Both the position numbers and the translations under genes were made by a program. Below, one piece after another: positions 1-8,547 of a stretch of 64,000 bases of DNA. Within the stretch, counting starts at the first letter, position 1. Every line of letters starts with the position of its first letter. The notes beneath the pieces were generated by a model, which saw only the letters and a list, made by a program, of their open reading frames with translations, did not search any database and was not told the DNA's origin. The DNA lies in the IMG/VR virus record IMGVR_UViG_3300037606_000123, positions 32,001 to 96,000 of that record; one strand, written 5' to 3'. The DNA comes from a virus.

Positions 1-220
1 ACAGAATTATTACTTTTAAATTGAAATTTATATTTTTCATTTCATTAAATTATGTTTTCCTACTCATAAGGCTTTTCAGAATACTCCCCGTTTTTTAAGT
101 GTTTTCTGGTCTTCACTTTTTAAAATTATGTATTCATTAGATTACAAATAATTAATTTTACAAAACAAATATACATATAATATTTTAATAATAAAAACAA
201 TTATTAATATTTATTTTTTG

Positions 221-303
221 TACTCTTAGCAAGACTCGAACTTGCACTCTCTTGCGAGAACCGGGTTCTAAAGCCGGGGTGTCTACCATTCCACCATAAG
301 AGC
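221..303 (-). tRNA. trnL: tRNA-Leu(TAG)
   Basis: Minus strand GCTCTTA..TAAGAGT-A acceptor, D-loop GGTAGAC, loop TT-TAG-AA, long variable arm, T-loop GTTCGAGTC. Confidence 0.9.
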
Positions 304-394
304 ATTTGGGTAGAACCAAACGCGTTTTGTCTACCGAGACCTTGTCGTTAAATTATTACTAACCAGAGCGAAACAAGACACAGTTTTAATATTG

Positions 395-468
395 TAGTGC
401 TAACAGGACTCGAACCTGTGACATTCTCGGTATCAGCGAGATACTCTAACCAACTGAGTTATAGCACT
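395..468 (-). tRNA. trnI: tRNA-Ile(GAT)
   Basis: AGTGCTA/TAGCACT acceptor, TCTCG-CTGATAC-CGAGA anticodon arm, ACAGG-TTCGAGT-CCTGT T-arm. Confidence 0.93.
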
Positions 469-604
469 ATGTATTAGAGATTTGGTATTTTAGCACTCTA
501 ATGTTAAAAGTAATACCTTAACTTTTGCTACCATTCATCATGTTTCAGATCATGCAATGGTTGTTATTTTATTATCTGAGTCAAATAACAAACTTCTGAT
601 AGGT

Positions 605-727
605 TGTTGTTGATAGGATTCGAACCTATAATAGTACCATACTCTTTGTATCAAAACAAATACACAGATTTGAACTGTGATAATCAGTCTCTTAGACCGA
701 CCTGTCTACCAGTTTCAGCACAACAAC
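605..727 (-). tRNA. Atypical 123-nt tRNA-Leu(AAG)-like gene with expanded variable region and a second T-arm-like hairpin
   Basis: GTTGTTG/CAACAAC acceptor, Leu-type D-arm, TCGGT-CTAAGAG-ACTGA anticodon arm, three extra hairpins, ATAGG-TTCGAAT-CCTAT T-arm. Confidence 0.7.
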
Positions 728-814
728 GATTTATTAGTCTATCCTAATAGTCATTAGAATTCATTTTCACCTTAAAGTGGAACATCTAATCAACACACTC
801 GTTTTTTTATTTTG

Positions 815-903
815 TTGTATTGACAAGATTCGAACTTGCATAATGTCTGTCCTCAGTATCAAAACCTACTAACAAACCGCGTCACCAATTGCACCACAAT
901 ACA
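815..903 (-). tRNA. tRNA-like gene with a 23-nt anticodon loop (16-nt insertion); Thr(AGT) or Leu(GAG) depending on register
   Basis: TGTATTG/CAATACA acceptor, GTTTG/CAGAC anticodon stem around 23 nt, GCAAG-TTCGAAT-CTTGT T-arm. Confidence 0.65.
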
Positions 904-953
904 AAGAACAATAGTTTTTTGTTCTATTTTACCATTCATTAAATATTCTATTG

Positions 954-1261
954 TACACCAGACGGGACTTGAACCCGTACGCCTTTTAGGGGCAAGGGAT
1001 TTTCATACCACTATAGTTTTCACTACCAACGGACTGTTGTTTGTGGTCTGGACTATCTCTCAATCATGTCGTATAAATACGATTTAGACCACTCCCGTTT
1101 AGTCTCTACACGTTCACCACTATTTTCATAGTTTAGCTTCGCTCGGGATTGCCATTTTAAAGGGTTCCCCGAATTTGAGAGTGTATGCATTTATATCTTT
1201 TCAAATATAACGCTCAATTTTTATTTAAGTCCCTCATGTCTACCAATTCCATCACCGGTGC
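954..1261 (-). tRNA. trnL: tRNA-Leu(TAA) interrupted by a group I intron
   Basis: 5' exon GCACCGG..AGGGACTT, 3' exon AAAATCCCT..GTTCAAGTCCCGTCTGGTGTA; joining restores loop CT-TAA-AA. Confidence 0.93.
1004..1226 (-). mobile_element. Group I intron (223 nt, trnL-UAA type, no ORF)
   Basis: Inserted after U34, ends in G; core motifs CTCAAATTCGGGGAA, GGCAATCCCGAGC, GTAGAGACT, GATAGTCC resemble the cyanobacterial/plastid trnL intron. Confidence 0.9.
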
Positions 1262-1369
1262 ATTTGTTATAAACTATCCTCAAATACTTCACGGTTTATT
1301 ATCCGTTTCATTATATTGTGTCCTATAACATTTTTTATTTAATCCAATACGTCAAAGATCGTTTATCTT

Positions 1370-1600
1370 TTAATCTTTATAGTTCTTTAATTTACAACAA
1401 CGAGCATCATTAAATGAGATGTTATTTTTTCTTGCAAAATTAGAACGCACTCTATCAGAATTGTTATAACCATCTTCTGCATAAACTAATGCTTCTTTGG
1501 TTCTGTTTGCATCTGATGCTACAAACATTGTTTGTTTTACTTTACTTCTGTCTAAAATATCTAATAATTTACAGACAGGTATAATATTTGCAATACTCAT
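1370..1600 (-). CDS. Hypothetical protein (76 aa) heading the left tRNA cluster
   Basis: ORF with A-rich upstream region and TATATTTG box at 1626-1633. Confidence 0.6.
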   Translation of the reverse strand: MSIANIIPVCKLLDILDRSKVKQTMFVASDANRTKEALVYAEDGYNNSDRVRSNFARKNNISFNDARCCKLKNYKD

Positions 1601-1675
1601 ATTTTATTTTATTTATTTTATAAAACAAATATAAGTATTTTTTTTTAATTATAAAAGCATTTAAAAAATAATAAT

Positions 1676-1712
1676 AAAAAAAAATTGGACTCATATTTCT
1701 ATGGTCCAATTT
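1676..1712 (-). terminator. Intrinsic terminator (attenuator) upstream of the left tRNA cluster
   Basis: Minus strand AAATTGGAC-CATA-GAAA-TATG-A-GTCCAATTT followed by a T run. Confidence 0.8.
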
Positions 1713-1734
1713 AATTTATATTTTTTAAATAAAT

Positions 1735-1815
1735 TTAACCCATAGTTTTTTTAGTACATAATAAAATTGTGCACATGCTAATTGTAAGGGTTAATATTTT
1801 ATTTATATTTTTCAT
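1735..1815 (-). promoter_or_regulatory. Leader peptide MKNINKILTLTISMCTILLCTKKTMG (26 aa), putative attenuator
   Basis: Read manually; rich in Leu/Ile/Thr codons; CTATGG at its 3' end is complementary to CCATAG in the terminator 5' arm. Confidence 0.7.
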
Positions 1816-1914
1816 AATAGTTATATGTTATATATATGTAAAAGTTTACTCTTCTTTTTAATATTATTTGAAAAATATATAATATATAATATAAATTATA
1901 AATGCATAATTATA

Positions 1915-2484
1915 ATGTCTAAATATATTTTTAATAAATTAATAAACAACAATGTTAAAATAACAAATACAGTAACTGGTGATATATCATTCTTATCACC
2001 AGATAAGAATGTTTCGTTATTAAATAAACATATAAATAATATAAATACATATATTATTGAAATTTCTACTAGTAGTGATAATAAAAAAATGTATGATAAA
2101 ATAATTATTCCATATAATGAAATAGATTTATTATCATCTGTACCGACATTTGTTGCAACAACACCCGAAGATTTTATTACTGAATTAAATACAAAATATT
2201 TTTTTGTAGTAGTTAACATTTCAATTGATTCTATTTCAGTTAATACAGGACATCTTAGAGTACCTAATATAATTAGGACTAATGGTATAGGTATTATTAA
2301 TAGTATAGTGTATGATTTTACTGTTGCTAATGTTGGAAATTTAAATGGTTTTATTCTAAATAATATTATAAAACCTGGAGAATCTCTTAGTTTCGAAGCT
2401 GGTGCTATAAATAACTATTATGCAAGTAATATTATTGTATATGATGGAACAGATACAGAATTGATAATTATATATAACAATTAA
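1915..2484 (+). CDS. Hypothetical virion-associated protein (start revised to MSKYIF)
   Basis: Beta-rich composition; first gene of a co-oriented fibre-like cassette. Confidence 0.6.
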   Translation: MSKYIFNKLINNNVKITNTVTGDISFLSPDKNVSLLNKHINNINTYIIEISTSSDNKKMYDKIIIPYNEIDLLSSVPTFVATTPEDFITELNTKYFFVVVNISIDSISVNTGHLRVPNIIRTNGIGIINSIVYDFTVANVGNLNGFILNNIIKPGESLSFEAGAINNYYASNIIVYDGTDTELIIIYNN

Positions 2485-2487
2485 ATT

Positions 2488-2895
2488 ATGAGCACAAATA
2501 TATCTATAAAATTAAATAAGGGGTTTATAGCAGTTGAAAATTATGATGCATTACCATCTGTTGTTACTAATATTAATGGACATTATTGGGTTATTGCTAG
2601 TCAAGGAATAGCCTGGTTACCGTATTCAGTAGGTGGTACATATCACCCAAAAGGTATTTATTTTTCTGATGGTTTCACATGGACACATATAGATACACCG
2701 TTTCAAGCAACACAAGGAGAAGTAAATATTGGATTGAATGATGACAAATTTTTAACACCTTCAACATTCAATGAGTCTGCATTAATAAAGTCTAAAGTGA
2801 ATATAGCAACAAATCAAATTTTTTTAATTGATCAAGCTGCAATATTAATAAAAAATCAACGAATATTTGTTGATTTTTTAACAAAAATACAATAA
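2488..2895 (+). CDS. Hypothetical tail-fibre-associated protein
   Basis: Tight operon spacing; G/W-rich N-terminal part. Confidence 0.55.
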   Translation: MSTNISIKLNKGFIAVENYDALPSVVTNINGHYWVIASQGIAWLPYSVGGTYHPKGIYFSDGFTWTHIDTPFQATQGEVNIGLNDDKFLTPSTFNESALIKSKVNIATNQIFLIDQAAILIKNQRIFVDFLTKIQ

Positions 2896-2985
2896 ATAAA
2901 TAAATAATATTTGTTGATTTTATAACATAAACGCATTAAATAAATAATATATAAATATACAAATAATAAATAAACAAATAAATAA

Positions 2986-3192
2986 ATGCCAACAATAGAA
3001 GAAGCAATTATAAATTTAACCACAGAAACAACGGCATTATTAGATGCAGTTAATATTTCAAAATTAACGATAGAGTCTAATATTGCTGCAGCTGTTTTAG
3101 TTTCAACAAATGCTGCAATCGAACCATTGTTTGTTGTATCAACTAATCTTATAAATACACAAGCATTACTTGTAACGTTTATTAGTTTATAA
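2986..3192 (+). CDS. Small helical tail-fibre cassette protein
   Basis: N-terminus (LTTETTALLDAVN) resembles that of the next gene (LTTATTLLTNAVA). Confidence 0.6.
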   Translation: MPTIEEAIINLTTETTALLDAVNISKLTIESNIAAAVLVSTNAAIEPLFVVSTNLINTQALLVTFISL

Positions 3193-3210
3193 AAAATAAA
3201 TAAAATAAAT

Positions 3211-3810
3211 ATGTCAACTACAGAACAATTATTAGCAGATTTAACCACAGCAACAACTTTATTAACAAATGCAGTTGCCGTACAACAAATAGCAGTAAAT
3301 GATGCAGTTTCACAATTTGCTTCTGTAATTAATAAAGTTAATACAGAATTGAATTATGTAGATAATACATCAGATGCAAACAAATCTGTTAGTAATGCAA
3401 CAACAGAAGCATTATCTTTTAAACAGAACACACTTGTGTCTGGCGTAAACATAAGTACGGTCAACGGTTTATCTATATTAGAAGGTCAACCATTAGTAAT
3501 AGAAAGAAGTGCAACATCACTCGTAAGTCTTGAATACGATAATAGAGATACTTTAAGATTAGAACCTTTGTTACCAAGCATATTAGATGATTCTGTTGTT
3601 GTTGAAGGTATTGGTTTATTAATGTTTGTGACAACACAGCTTGAACCAGATGATGATGAAACATGTTTTACGTCATTGATAGGACAATGGTTATTATCTG
3701 TTCCTGCACCAGATTTATTAGACGCTTGGGCAACCGATGAAAGACATTTTAACGATGAACTTGACGAAGATGAAGTAACAAGATTATCAACAAGTTTTGT
3801 TGGTTTATAA
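3211..3810 (+). CDS. Tail-fibre cassette protein (199 aa)
   Basis: N-terminal coiled segment then a fibre-like KQNTLVSGVNISTVNG motif. Confidence 0.6.
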   Translation: MSTTEQLLADLTTATTLLTNAVAVQQIAVNDAVSQFASVINKVNTELNYVDNTSDANKSVSNATTEALSFKQNTLVSGVNISTVNGLSILEGQPLVIERSATSLVSLEYDNRDTLRLEPLLPSILDDSVVVEGIGLLMFVTTQLEPDDDETCFTSLIGQWLLSVPAPDLLDAWATDERHFNDELDEDEVTRLSTSFVGL

Positions 3811-3833
3811 AAAAAAAATATAAAAATATAAAA

Positions 3834-5915
3834 ATGAGATTATCAACAAGAAGATTATTAACAGCAGTTAAATCGGGATTAGTCCTTGGTCCAGAATTAG
3901 AAACAAGGTTGTTAGATGCAGGTGTTAAATCTGGATTTTTAGAAGCACTTTCAATGCGTAGTGAAACTAAAAGTTTGGCTGCTAATCCGGTAGCAATAAC
4001 GGCTATTGTAGCAAGTCCGATAGCAACAGATTCAGTTTTTGGAGCAGCTAGTATAAATAATTCAACAGCTGCACAAGCAATGGCTGCTAGTCCTGTAGCA
4101 ATGCTTAATGTAACGCTTAACTTGCCAACTTTAACTAAAATTATAAACAATCAGGTGGCGTGGAATATATACTTACAAAGCCCTTATGCTGTAGATAATA
4201 TCGGTTATGCTGCTGCTGTTTTTGCTGGATTAAATTTAATAACATATCCAGATAGAACTTTTGTATTTGCAGACACTGTAGCAATGGCACAAATCATAGC
4301 TAGTACTAATGCAATTAGATCTGTTATTGAAGATGATGATTTAGTTTTAAGAACATCAGTCAATAGTATTGGTATGGAGTTAGTAGCTACAAATGCAACC
4401 GCTTTAAGTTATATAACAAATTCTCAAAGAGGTATGAGTGCTTGTGCAAACAGTGCTATAGCTATGTTTGAATTATCTTCAAAGTCATTGGCTATAGTTG
4501 CTATATCTAATAGTAAAATAGCAGTAGATACAATATATGCTAATAGTGTTGCAAGAGCTTCTTACAAAGCAAGTGCATTCTTTGTAGCAAATTTAAAAAA
4601 CACAATTGCAAACCTAGCAGGAATTAACCCATTGTCCTTTCCAACAATTGACGATATTATAAATAATAATATTGCATTAACTGCGGTTAACGCAAATGAA
4701 GGTGCATCAGAAGCATTATCTTCAAGTAGTGCTGCAATGCTAACATTAGGGACAAGTGCTAATCTTTCTATTGTAACAGGTAATACAGTTATTATGGCAG
4801 CCTTGGCAAGTAATAATACTGCAATGGTTAATATAGCTACAAGTACAAACTTTGCACTTGTGAAAGGCAATGCAGTAATAATGACTGCTCTTGCAGGTAA
4901 TTCAGCAGGCGTAACAGCGTTATCTACCCACGCTAATTTAACACTTGCCATTAATGACCCTATTGGAATGGCTAAATTATCAGCTAATTCTATATCAGTT
5001 GGAATCTTAGTAGGAGCTACTTCAACAGTTGGAGTAAGAGATATTATATTTAACTCTGAAACAGCGATGGTATCAGTGTCTAACAATACTGTATCAATCA
5101 ATGCTATTAATGCAAACGCTACAAGATGGACGGAATTTAAAGAAAGCCCTTATTATGAAGACAATGCTTTTGCAATAACTTATAATCTTGCAGGTATAAC
5201 TCTTATAATGTCAACTTTTACTCAAATGATAGCTAAAGCATCAGCTTTAACATTAGTAAATGCAAACGCAGGAGCATCAGAAGTACTAGCAACTAATTCA
5301 GATGCAATGCTTACCCTTGCTACAAGTGCAAACTTTGGTATAGTAGTTGGAAATAGTTTAATTATGACAGGATTCGTTACAAATGCAGCAGCACTTACAG
5401 CGCTTGGAGGACATTCAAATATTAATGTAGCAATAGGAAATGCTGTAGCAATTGGATTAATAGTTAATTCAGCACCAGCAATGGCAAGTTATGTTGCAAA
5501 TAATACAATCCTTGCATCACTGTTTGCTAGTTCAGTAGCTAAAACAGCTATATTTACTTCTACTGTAACAGTAGCAGCATTAGCTGCATCAGCATCAGCT
5601 GTTACATATTTGAAATCTATCCAAACATTATTATTATCATCAACTACCCCAACAGCTGGGAATTGGGTTTCATTTGGAACTGGAGTACCAGCTAAAATAT
5701 TAATGGTAACTTACAGACAACAGGGAATTGGTGCAATTGAAACACCAATTAGATTCCGTTCCCCAGAGGGTCCACAATTAAGTATGGTAGGTACAGCAGC
5801 AATTGGTGATCAGATTGGTAGAACACATATTGGTGCTTATAGTAACTTAGAATTTAATACTACTGCTATTAGTGCAATCACAGGATCAGGTATTGGTTAC
5901 ATAAGCATGCTATAA
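3834..5915 (+). CDS. Ala-rich repetitive 693-aa protein, putative virion/fibre protein
   Basis: Three related modules containing (F/L)AG(L/I) plus many short amphipathic Ala-rich repeats. Confidence 0.7.
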   Translation: MRLSTRRLLTAVKSGLVLGPELETRLLDAGVKSGFLEALSMRSETKSLAANPVAITAIVASPIATDSVFGAASINNSTAAQAMAASPVAMLNVTLNLPTLTKIINNQVAWNIYLQSPYAVDNIGYAAAVFAGLNLITYPDRTFVFADTVAMAQIIASTNAIRSVIEDDDLVLRTSVNSIGMELVATNATALSYITNSQRGMSACANSAIAMFELSSKSLAIVAISNSKIAVDTIYANSVARASYKASAFFVANLKNTIANLAGINPLSFPTIDDIINNNIALTAVNANEGASEALSSSSAAMLTLGTSANLSIVTGNTVIMAALASNNTAMVNIATSTNFALVKGNAVIMTALAGNSAGVTALSTHANLTLAINDPIGMAKLSANSISVGILVGATSTVGVRDIIFNSETAMVSVSNNTVSINAINANATRWTEFKESPYYEDNAFAITYNLAGITLIMSTFTQMIAKASALTLVNANAGASEVLATNSDAMLTLATSANFGIVVGNSLIMTGFVTNAAALTALGGHSNINVAIGNAVAIGLIVNSAPAMASYVANNTILASLFASSVAKTAIFTSTVTVAALAASASAVTYLKSIQTLLLSSTTPTAGNWVSFGTGVPAKILMVTYRQQGIGAIETPIRFRSPEGPQLSMVGTAAIGDQIGRTHIGAYSNLEFNTTAISAITGSGIGYISML

Positions 5916-5949
5916 TTATAATTTAAAATACAGAATTATTGATCTTTAA

Positions 5950-5989
5950 ATAAACACATCAAATAAAATATTTTATTTGATGTGTTTAT
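5950..5989. terminator. 40-bp perfect palindrome, probable terminator hairpin
   Basis: ATAAACACATCAAATAAAAT|ATTTTATTTGATGTGTTTAT. Confidence 0.6.
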
Positions 5990-6098
5990 ATTTATGTACT
6001 CATAAAACAATTACAGTATTTTATTATAATTGTTAAAAAAAATATAAATAATATTTAATATATAATATTATAATAAGAAAAAATTAACTAATAACAAC

Positions 6099-6662
6099 AT
6101 GGCATTACCACATTTTAATACCGTATTATCACATAATACAAATGCTGAACCTATTTATAAAGCATTATTTGAATTAACATTTGATTTACCTCCAGTTTTA
6201 GGTCGTTCTATAACTGATGTACAATTGATGTTAGAGAATGCTCGAAATATAATGTTACCATTAACACCAGATATTGAAGTACAAGTACAACGTTTTAAAT
6301 TTAGTACAAGAGCTTATGTAACATTACCATCAGAAACACATATTGCTGATTTATCTATCAATTTTAATTTAAATGAAAATGATAGAAACGCAGTATTTGT
6401 ATGGAATATATTAAAATCATGGTACGATTTAGCATGGAATTCACAAACAGGTGAAACACATACTAAAACAGAAATGGTTGGAAATATTATAGTAAATCAC
6501 CATAATAAAAAAGGACAAGTTATTAGACGTGTTACTTATCGTAATGTACAAATTGTTGGTGTAAGTGAAATCGAATTAAATTGGGACTCTCCAACAGACA
6601 TATTAGAATGTTCTGGTAAATTTATCGCAGATTACTGGGAAGATTTATATATTGATCAATAA
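6099..6662 (+). CDS. Tail tube protein (T4 gp19-like)
   Basis: Size and motifs EPIYKALFELTF, WNILKSWYDL, ELNWDS, FIADYWED are typical of myovirus tube proteins. Confidence 0.75.
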   Translation: MALPHFNTVLSHNTNAEPIYKALFELTFDLPPVLGRSITDVQLMLENARNIMLPLTPDIEVQVQRFKFSTRAYVTLPSETHIADLSINFNLNENDRNAVFVWNILKSWYDLAWNSQTGETHTKTEMVGNIIVNHHNKKGQVIRRVTYRNVQIVGVSEIELNWDSPTDILECSGKFIADYWEDLYIDQ

Positions 6663-6733
6663 TCAGCAATATATTTTCTTAAACAAATTTAAATAAAAAG
6701 GTATAATAATAAAATGTTATACCTTTTTTATTT

Positions 6734-8287
6734 ATGTTAAAATTAGAAATACAAAATATATTAAATATATTTATAAATAGTGGTAAAAAAATAAGTACAA
6801 GATTGACATATGATTTTTGGATAAAAAATTATCCATTAATTTATGATGAAATGATTGAGTATAACGCTATTAATAATTTAAAATGTAGTAATCTATCAGA
6901 AATTATATATTGTGTACTACATGATATTACAGTTAAACCAAAATGTAATGTATGTGGTATAAATATAACTAATTATAAAAATTTTAATTTAGGTTATGTT
7001 AAAACATGTTCTAAGAAATGTACTAATTCAGATCCAGATAAAATAAAAAAAGCATTAAAAAAATATAAAGAAACATGTATTGAAAAGTATGGTGTTGAAA
7101 ATATTTCACAATTAGATAGTATACAGAAGAAAAAAGAAGAAACGATGTTATTTAATTATGGTGTTAAATATAACAGTCAACGTACAGAAGTAAAACATAG
7201 TATTTCTGAACATATAACAAAAGTTAATATAAATAAAAATAAGTTAATGAGATTTAATTTATTATCAGTGTTAAAAAATATTGATATTGTAAATTTATAT
7301 AATGATAAAAATAGGTATTTAACAGATTTGTCATGTTTATCATGTAATAATATTTTTAGTATATCACAACATTTAGCACAAGTTAGAAATAAATCAAATC
7401 ATATTATATGTACAATTTGTAATCCTATATTGAAATATACATCTAAAGGTGAAATTGAATTATACGAATTTATAAAACAAAATTATGCAGGTAAAATTAT
7501 AACCAATAGTAGATCTATTATTGGTCCATTAGAATTAGATATTTATTTACCTGAATTAAATTTAGCATTTGAATTTAATGGGTTATATTGGCATTCTGAA
7601 ATGGAAAAAGATAAAAAATATCATTTAAATAAAACTAAATTATGTAATGAAAAAAATATTCAATTAATACATATTTATGAGGATGATTGGTTATATAAAG
7701 AATCTATTATTAAAAGTAGGTTAAAGAATCTTTTATATAAATCAAAACGTATATATGGAAGAATATGTGAAATTCGTACAGTATCTACTATTGAGCGCAA
7801 ATTATTTTTAAATAATAATCATATACAAGGTGATTGTATATCGAAATATAATATTGGATTATATTTTAATAATGAACTAATTTCTATGATGACATTTGGA
7901 AAATCTAGATTTACAGAAAATTTAGAATTATTAAGATTTTGTAATAAATTAAATACGACAATTATTGGTGGTGCAAGTAAATTATTTAAATATTTTACAA
8001 ATAATTTTAAATATGATAATATAATATCGTATGCTGATAAAAGTTGGTCTAATGGAAATTTATATAAACAATTAGGATTTGATTATTTAAATGATACAAA
8101 TCCTAATTATTATTGGATTGTTAATGGAATTAAATCAAATCGGTTTAATTGGCAAAAACATAAATTGGTTAAAATGGGGTATGATAAAAACAAAACAGAA
8201 ATACAAATTATGCATGATTTAGGGTATTATCGTTTATATGATTCTGGTTCACAAATATGGGAATATAAAAAAGAGATTCAAATTTGA
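6734..8287 (+). CDS. Putative free-standing homing endonuclease (Zn-binding CxxC motifs, Vsr/PD-(D/E)XK-like domain, C-terminal Hef-like domain)
   Basis: ELDIYLPELNLAFEFNGLYWH, LIHIYEDDW, FLNNNHIQG, ELLRFCNK, SYADKSWSNG. Confidence 0.7.
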   Translation: MLKLEIQNILNIFINSGKKISTRLTYDFWIKNYPLIYDEMIEYNAINNLKCSNLSEIIYCVLHDITVKPKCNVCGINITNYKNFNLGYVKTCSKKCTNSDPDKIKKALKKYKETCIEKYGVENISQLDSIQKKKEETMLFNYGVKYNSQRTEVKHSISEHITKVNINKNKLMRFNLLSVLKNIDIVNLYNDKNRYLTDLSCLSCNNIFSISQHLAQVRNKSNHIICTICNPILKYTSKGEIELYEFIKQNYAGKIITNSRSIIGPLELDIYLPELNLAFEFNGLYWHSEMEKDKKYHLNKTKLCNEKNIQLIHIYEDDWLYKESIIKSRLKNLLYKSKRIYGRICEIRTVSTIERKLFLNNNHIQGDCISKYNIGLYFNNELISMMTFGKSRFTENLELLRFCNKLNTTIIGGASKLFKYFTNNFKYDNIISYADKSWSNGNLYKQLGFDYLNDTNPNYYWIVNGIKSNRFNWQKHKLVKMGYDKNKTEIQIMHDLGYYRLYDSGSQIWEYKKEIQI

Positions 8288-8298
8288 ATCTCTTTTTT
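8267..8298. terminator. Bidirectional terminator between convergent genes
   Basis: Perfect palindrome AAAAAAGAGATTCAAA|TTTGAATCTCTTTTTT. Confidence 0.75.
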
Positions 8299-8304
8299 TA
8301 TTAA

Positions 8305-8547
8305 TTATTTTTTAAATTTATTCATAAAAGAACCGGCATTAAAATTACCGATACCGGAAGATGATTGTGATTTTTTATGTTCTTCTTCTTGTTTTTTTCT
8401 TTGTGATGCTAATTCATCATTACGTTTATTTAGACGTTCAACAAATGCTTCAAATTTCCAATATGGTAATTTTTCAATAACATCTATTTGTTGATGTGTT
8501 TGCATTAGAAATTCAAATTCGTTGTCTAATATATTGCTTAAAGGCAT
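8305..8547 (-). CDS. Baseplate hub assembly protein (T4 gp51-like)
   Basis: FLMQTHQQIDVIEKLPYWKFEAFVERL resembles the LM..H...I..M..WE motif; follows the gp26-like gene. Confidence 0.55.
   Translation of the reverse strand: MPLSNILDNEFEFLMQTHQQIDVIEKLPYWKFEAFVERLNKRNDELASQRKKQEEEHKKSQSSSGIGNFNAGSFMNKFKK

Noticed and set aside
728-800. Possible additional tRNA between the two odd tRNAs
   Set aside because: Weak hairpins only; no T-loop or D-loop consensus
836-1087. 83-aa plus-strand ORF
   Set aside because: Antisense to tRNA genes and the intron
1267-1311. 14-aa ORF MKRIINREVFEDSL just before tRNA-Leu(UAA) as a fourth attenuator
   Set aside because: No terminator between it and the tRNA, and no Leu enrichment
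1896-5101. Minus-strand ORFs 1896, 2856, 3473, 3749, 4562
   Set aside because: Shadow ORFs antisense to a coherent plus-strand operon
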